From: Chloroflexota bacterium
GTDB lineage: Bacteria > Chloroflexota > UBA11872 > VXOZ01
DNA length: 64,000 nt
Assembly (NCBI GenBank): GCA_964291655.2
Contig: OZ219802.1
Location: 736,001 to 800,000, forward strand
Reading direction: 5' to 3'
Shown here one piece after another: positions 58,965 to 64,000 of this stretch (positions within the stretch are counted from its first letter, which is position 1; every line of letters starts with the position of its first letter). The notes beneath the pieces were generated by a model. That model was not told where the DNA came from. It saw only the letters and a list, made by a program, of their open reading frames with translations, and ran no database searches. The translations under genes were made by a program, and so were the position numbers.

Positions 58965-60920
58965 GTGGACATTCGCACCTACCTTTCCAATGAAGCCAGG
59001 CGCATGCATGGGGAATCCTTGCAGGACTTGCCCGCGCCGGAAGACTGGGCGCAGGCCCGTGTGCAATGGCAGGCGCAGTACTACGAAATGATGGGCATCA
59101 CCTCCCACATGGCCTTGGTGGAGCGCCCGCCTTTGAACATGTGCGTGACCAAAGAGACGCAACGCGACGGCTACCGCATTCAGAACGTCTACTACGAAAG
59201 CCTGCCCGGACTCTACGTGACCGGCAACCTCTACTTGCCGACGAATGTCGACGGCCCCGTGCCCGGTGTGCTCTATGTCTGCGGTCACGCGCAGAAGCAA
59301 AAGGAGCACTATCAGGCGCATCCCCGCAAATTCGCCCAACTTGGCTTCGCCTGCTTGCTCGTGGAAACGATCCAGCTTGGCGAGATAGAGGGGCACCACC
59401 ACGGTACGTGCCATCGCGGCTGGTTCAATTGGTTCAGCCAAGGCTACACCCCCGCCGGTGTAGAGCTGTGGAACGGCGTGCGCGGCCTTGATTTGCTGGC
59501 GTCATTGCCGGAAGTGGACGGCGCGCGCCTGGGAGTCACCGGCATCTCGGGCGGCGGCGCGGTAAGCTGGTGGATTGCCGCGGCGGACGAACGCGTGAAG
59601 GTGGTAGCGCCGGTCTGCGGTACCGCGACGTTTGCTTCCCACGTGTGCGAGCGCACGCTAGACGGCCACTGCGACTGCATGTTCTTCGTCAACGCCTACG
59701 GCTGGGAGCTGGCCGACGTGGCGCGACTCATCGCGCCGCGCCCCATGCTTATCGGTTCCGCCAATCGCGACGGCATCTTTCACATCCGCTCAATCCGCGA
59801 GACCTTTGCGGGAATCAAGAAGATCTACGATCACGTGGGCGCGAGCGAGAACACTATCTTGATCGAGACGCCCGGCGGCCACTCTTACCACGCCAATTCG
59901 CGCCGCGGCATCTTCTCCTGGTTCCTGCGCTATCTCGCGGATAAGGACGTATCGCCGGAGGCAGCAGGCGACATTGACGACCGTCCGGAAGTGCAAGAGG
60001 ACGCGGCCACGCTTCGCGTCTATCAGAACGGCGTGCCCACGTCCGAGCGCGTCACGACTATTCACGAGGACTTTTTCACGCTGCCGGAACTGCCGAACAT
60101 TGTGACCGCAGACGAATTGGCGGCTGTCCGTGACAAGGCGCACGCCAAGCTTGCAGCGATGTCGTTCAGACACTTCCCCAGCACGCCAGGTACTTTAGAC
60201 GCGGAGGTAGAGTACGAGACCGGGCGCGGCGATGCGGTCGCTGGCGGCAGGTTTGCCTTCACGTCGGAAGGCGGCTGGCGGCTGCACGGGTCTTGGACGC
60301 TGCCGGAAGCAGATGCCGATGCACCGGCCGTCGTCGCGCTGCGTACGCCCCATGAGCCACGCCGCGCCACGGAAGACTGGCTGCAAGGCTTCGATAGCTC
60401 CTGGGCACGGGTGGTGGCAGAGCCGCGCGGCACCGGAGACAATGCCTGGGGCACGGAACTTGATTGGCACGTGCGCCGGGCGTGTATGCTCCTCGGCCGC
60501 ACCGTGGCGTCGATGCAGGTCTACGATACGCTGCGCGCCTTGGATGCCGTTGCACACCTGCCCGGTGTGGATAGCTCGCGGCTAGCGTTGGCCGGTCGCG
60601 GCCAGATGGCAGTGGTAGCGCTCTACGCGGCGCTGCTCCACGGCAACTTAGAAGCGCTCATTCTGAGCGATCTGCCGGAATCGCTGGCAGCGCACTCCAG
60701 CCCTGACGGCACCGGCATCGCCAGCGAAATCCTGTTTGCGCTCCAACACGCAGACCTGCCCCAAGCCGCCGGCCTCCTCTGGCCAATGGAACTGGTCTTC
60801 TTGGGTCCGCGCCCCGGCACCTTCGGCTGGACGGAAGATCTCTATAGCCGCCTCGGCAGCCCTGGCGCGATACGGCATGTGATGAATCTTGAGCAATGGC
60901 AGCCGGGTGCGGGGCGGTAG
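58965..60920 (+). CDS. Tandem alpha/beta hydrolase (acetylxylan-esterase-like)
   Basis: YES.PG..VTGNLY.P, CGH, nucleophile elbow GISGGG, IAPRP, GGH; second domain degenerate. Confidence 0.85.
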   Translation: MDIRTYLSNEARRMHGESLQDLPAPEDWAQARVQWQAQYYEMMGITSHMALVERPPLNMCVTKETQRDGYRIQNVYYESLPGLYVTGNLYLPTNVDGPVPGVLYVCGHAQKQKEHYQAHPRKFAQLGFACLLVETIQLGEIEGHHHGTCHRGWFNWFSQGYTPAGVELWNGVRGLDLLASLPEVDGARLGVTGISGGGAVSWWIAAADERVKVVAPVCGTATFASHVCERTLDGHCDCMFFVNAYGWELADVARLIAPRPMLIGSANRDGIFHIRSIRETFAGIKKIYDHVGASENTILIETPGGHSYHANSRRGIFSWFLRYLADKDVSPEAAGDIDDRPEVQEDAATLRVYQNGVPTSERVTTIHEDFFTLPELPNIVTADELAAVRDKAHAKLAAMSFRHFPSTPGTLDAEVEYETGRGDAVAGGRFAFTSEGGWRLHGSWTLPEADADAPAVVALRTPHEPRRATEDWLQGFDSSWARVVAEPRGTGDNAWGTELDWHVRRACMLLGRTVASMQVYDTLRALDAVAHLPGVDSSRLALAGRGQMAVVALYAALLHGNLEALILSDLPESLAAHSSPDGTGIASEILFALQHADLPQAAGLLWPMELVFLGPRPGTFGWTEDLYSRLGSPGAIRHVMNLEQWQPGAGR

Positions 60921-61009
60921 CGTTTGAGGAAAGCCAGAGTCTAGCGATGTGCCCTGCATTACGAGTATAGGGTCTATACTATTAAGGGTACAACGTTCGG
61001 ATACGATGT

Positions 61010-61318
61010 ATGCTTGACAGAATTCGGGCCCAAGTACGCAACAATGAAATACGACTTACCCAGCACGCTCTGCAGGAAATGGCTGAGGAGCAAGTCTCGC
61101 TCGATGAGACTTTGGTGGCACTATCTCAAGGGCAAGTGTTGGAGAACTACCCGCAGCACCGCAGGGGTGCGTGTTGCCTGATTTGCGGTTTTACGCGGTC
61201 GGGGCGGGTCTTGCATGTCGTTTGCACGACGGCTCTTCCCGTTCTCATCATTATTACAGTGTATGAACCTACGTCGCCCAAGTGGGTAACCCCATGGCAG
61301 AGAGGGCAAGCGACATGA
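61010..61318 (+). CDS. DUF4258 family protein (putative toxin)
   Basis: TQHA..EM, G.VLENYP, CLI.G, LHVV, IITVYEP..KW. Confidence 0.85.
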   Translation: MLDRIRAQVRNNEIRLTQHALQEMAEEQVSLDETLVALSQGQVLENYPQHRRGACCLICGFTRSGRVLHVVCTTALPVLIIITVYEPTSPKWVTPWQRGQAT

Positions 61319-61539
61319 AGTGCAGCATTCAGGGCTGTCCTGGTGAATACGAAGCGAAACGCATCGTACACACCGTGCGGAGCGAAGGGCAAGTAATTGT
61401 CATCGACCACGTGCCGGCTGAGGTGTGTGCAATCTGTGGCGACACGCTGCTCCATCTAGACACAGTGCGCAAGGTCGAAACGCTCATACAACAAAAGGGT
61501 CAGCCGGCGAACAGCGTCCCCTTGTATGAGTTCGCATAG
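61315..61539 (+). CDS. YgiT-type zinc finger protein (putative antitoxin)
   Basis: MKCSIQGC..VPAEVCAICG; ATGA overlap with the DUF4258 gene. Confidence 0.87.
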   Translation: MKCSIQGCPGEYEAKRIVHTVRSEGQVIVIDHVPAEVCAICGDTLLHLDTVRKVETLIQQKGQPANSVPLYEFA

Positions 61540-61764
61540 AGTGCGCACGCGCCAATAGGGCGCGAAGTGCTGGGCAAGAGTGAGGCGCTGCCGCTTAGTC
61601 GCGGAGCCCGCCAATGGAATAATGCCTGTTGAGTGGCAAGTCAGACGTATCCGACTCTTTCGCGCCTGCTAGCGGCGTGTTGTCCTCCCTCGCTCCTTTT
61701 TTTACCCCACCTCCTGGAATCCCTACTGCCCAAGCGGCCCCTGCCGGGCCTGAAGTCAAAGGGT

Positions 61765-62039
61765 CGTCACTCCGGCGAGAGCCGGAGTCCAGACAACAAC
61801 CGGCGGAAGAGAAGATGGATTCCCGCCTACGCGGGAATCACCATGGCCTTGCCCAGGCCGCACAAGGGAATGAAAGTGAGTTCCGATATCTCCGTTCGTG
61901 CTGAGCACTTCGGCAAGCTCAGTACAGGCTTGTCGAAGCATGAACGGAGAGATGAGTGTCGCAAGCTCTTAACCGCTTCCGCCGCTCACCCTTCGACGAT
62001 GCTCAGAGCCTGCCCCGTACCGGATACGGGGGCGAACGG
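61765..62039. repeat. Composite repeat cluster: CGTC-type REP pair plus two interrupted REP-like elements
   Basis: cgtcactccggcgagagccggagtccag / tggattcccgcctacgcgggaatcac; ccgttcgtgctgagc[23 nt]ttgtcgaagca; cccttcgacgatgctcag[24 nt]ggcgaacgg. Confidence 0.85.
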
Positions 62040-62087
62040 CAAGACCGCTTGTTTTCATGGCAATGACGAGCGCACGCGCGCTGATGG

Positions 62088-63575
62088 TTATGGCCGCCTA
62101 TCCGGCACCACGTGGCCTTCCGGGTTCGGCCACTGGAATGAGCCCTCTTGCATGTTTTCCAGAGCGCTCAGCACCGTTTGCGGGCCTTCTTGCGCCACTT
62201 TCTTCAACGGATCAGGCCAGCCCTGGAGTTGCTCCTCTTCCCACTGCCAGAGGTGGTATTCCAGGTCCCGCGTGACTTCGACGTTTGCATCCGCCACGTT
62301 GGCTTCCTCACGCGGATCGTTGGCCAGATCAAAGAGCTGAGTCAGCGGCCAGTTCATCAATCCGCCGTGGTAGCTCTTGGTAAGTTTCCAGTCGTGACCA
62401 TCGGCGGCGCCGATGGTGCGGATCGCCCGTTGCGCCGACCATAGGCCATGCTCCAAGTACACGTAGTCGCGTCGCGGCTGCGGTTCCGGCTCGCCGCGCA
62501 GCATCTCCAGGAGCGAGCGTCCCTGCCACTTCGCCGGCGCATCGAGACCGGCGACCGCGCAGAGCGTGGGACCCAGGTCTAAGGTGTAGCTTGCGGCATC
62601 CACCACCGTCTCTGGTCGGATCCCACCACTCGGCCAGCGGGCGAGCATCCAGATGTGGGCATCGGTCTCGTAGACGCCCCAGTGATCGCCGTAGACGCTG
62701 TGTTCGCCTTGATTCTCGCCGTGATCGGTAGCGGCAATGATGAGGGTATCATCCAGAATACCTGCTGCCTCTAACGCATCCAGCAGCCGCCCGACGTACT
62801 CATCGCAATAGGCGATCTCCGCATCATACATCGCCATCCAGTAATCGAAATCTTCCTTGCCCCGGATGCGGTGCGAACCGGCGGAGTTCGGCATATGAGC
62901 GTAGCGCTCGGCGTCATCTTTGATCCGCTCGTCGGACGGCCAGTCAGGCGGCGGGTAGGTAAGCATCTTGTCCACATACGCTTGCGGCGCTTTGTACGAT
63001 TGGTGTGGGTCCCAGTAGTGGACGTAGAGGAAGAAATCGTCCTGCGCGTGGTCTTGCAGCCAAGCAAGAGCAGAAGCCGTGATCTCCGGCGCTTCCACGT
63101 TGCTATGCCCCAAATGCCACTGCGGACGGTAGTACGCATTCCAGCCCATGCGGAACCAGGGTGCCTGGTCGCCGAACGTCGAGACCGCCGCCGTACGCAA
63201 GCCTGCCTCCCCCTTCTGCTCAGCCAGATACTGCTGCACCTGCGGCGCGCGACTGCCGATGGGAGGAAACGTCGGTCCAGCGTAGCGGGTATCTTGCTCC
63301 CAAGGCTTGGTGTCCAATTCGCCTGCCGGCCGTCCATAGTCGCCGACTATCTGTGCCCTCTCGCCGTGCGTGAGCAGTCCGGTCTTGATACCCCAGCGAC
63401 CGGTGAATATGCTCGCCCGCGCGGGCACGCAGGGCGTATCAGCGGCGTACATGTTAGTAAAACGCGCGCCTTCCCGCGCCAGCCGGTCAAGATGCGGCGT
63501 CGTCGGCCGCTCGTAGCCATAGCAGCCCAAGTGATCGCGGCGCAGGGAATCAATATCGATGTAAAGTACTTTCAT
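62088..63575 (-). CDS. Formylglycine-dependent sulfatase family protein
   Basis: DIDSLR.DH, CxPxR motif TPCVPARASIFTG, YWDPH, TDHGE, LFDL..DP.E. Confidence 0.93.
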   Translation of the reverse strand: MKVLYIDIDSLRRDHLGCYGYERPTTPHLDRLAREGARFTNMYAADTPCVPARASIFTGRWGIKTGLLTHGERAQIVGDYGRPAGELDTKPWEQDTRYAGPTFPPIGSRAPQVQQYLAEQKGEAGLRTAAVSTFGDQAPWFRMGWNAYYRPQWHLGHSNVEAPEITASALAWLQDHAQDDFFLYVHYWDPHQSYKAPQAYVDKMLTYPPPDWPSDERIKDDAERYAHMPNSAGSHRIRGKEDFDYWMAMYDAEIAYCDEYVGRLLDALEAAGILDDTLIIAATDHGENQGEHSVYGDHWGVYETDAHIWMLARWPSGGIRPETVVDAASYTLDLGPTLCAVAGLDAPAKWQGRSLLEMLRGEPEPQPRRDYVYLEHGLWSAQRAIRTIGAADGHDWKLTKSYHGGLMNWPLTQLFDLANDPREEANVADANVEVTRDLEYHLWQWEEEQLQGWPDPLKKVAQEGPQTVLSALENMQEGSFQWPNPEGHVVPDRRP

Positions 63576-63628
63576 CTTCGACTCTTCTTAGCACCCAGTC
63601 CCGTTTTTGTAGGCCTCAGTCCCATTTA

Positions 63629-63950
63629 TGTCATTTCGAGCGCAGCGAGAAATCTAGAACTCCATGCACTCCAGTGGTTCAACAACTTAGTCCTAAAGCA
63701 TAGCCGAACTTAGCGCGATACCTCGATAACGTCGCGTACGGCGCAGGTCGCAAACATGTCCTGAGCACTTCGGCAGGCCTGTGCTGAGCCTGTCGAATGG
63801 CCTGCGCTACCGGATGCCTGGCAGCGACCCCAGGGTCCGCGCCATGTATCAGCACTCCGCCGGTCACATCGTAGCGCGGGGGCTTGTCCCCCGCCTGGAA
63901 TGGAACCTAATGCGCTGAAGCCGATAGATTCCCGTCTACGCCGGTATGAC
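63629..63950. repeat. Composite repeat cluster (CGTC-type, GTAG-type and nested modules)
   Basis: tgtcatttcgagcgcagcgagaaatct; gcgcaggtcgcaa[...]cctgcgctac; gtagcgcgggggcttgtcccccgc; tagattcccgtctacgccggtatgac. Confidence 0.8.
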
Positions 63951-64000
63951 CGTCGTCTCCTTGCCTTCACGCAGCGCCACCGCATCGGCAATCATACGGT

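Noticed and set aside
61633-62340. ORFs crossing repeats (also 17020-17256, 44783-45138, 48876-49079, and 5' extensions at 37912 and 58066)
   Set aside because: They are translations of REP sequence (FDKLSTNG, PFALSLSK, WIPAYAG) rather than real coding sequence.

Overview
A GC-rich bacterial chromosomal window, most likely from a Chloroflexota organism; this is inferred from the gene repertoire and not verified. It holds about 55 CDSs and two tRNA-Ser genes. Housekeeping genes include proB, dprA, rlmB, rmuC, plsC-ispH-der-plsY-recX, pyrF, uvrC, gatCAB and gdhA. Interspersed with them are catabolic and transport genes (MDR, SDR and Ldh_2 oxidoreductases, sugar kinases, orphan Tat-lipoprotein solute-binding proteins, a nitrilase, a hydrolase, a sulfatase, TauE and a sulfite-oxidase-family molybdoenzyme), two ABC exporter operons, three tandem Uma2 endonuclease genes and a DUF4258/YgiT toxin-antitoxin-like pair. 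No CRISPR array, integrase, transposase or reverse transcriptase was seen. Three signals are not explained by these features. (1) Short 23-24 nt sequence modules are inserted precisely and repeatedly inside other REP-like palindromic repeats, nested up to three levels deep. (2) A dual-hexaloop, ANTAR-type RNA motif sits in the gdhA leader, and an orphan ANTAR response regulator lies in the same window. (3) The Uma2 array is mosaic, has an exact 625-bp period and carries a conserved structured spacer. All calls were made by eye; no database searches were run.
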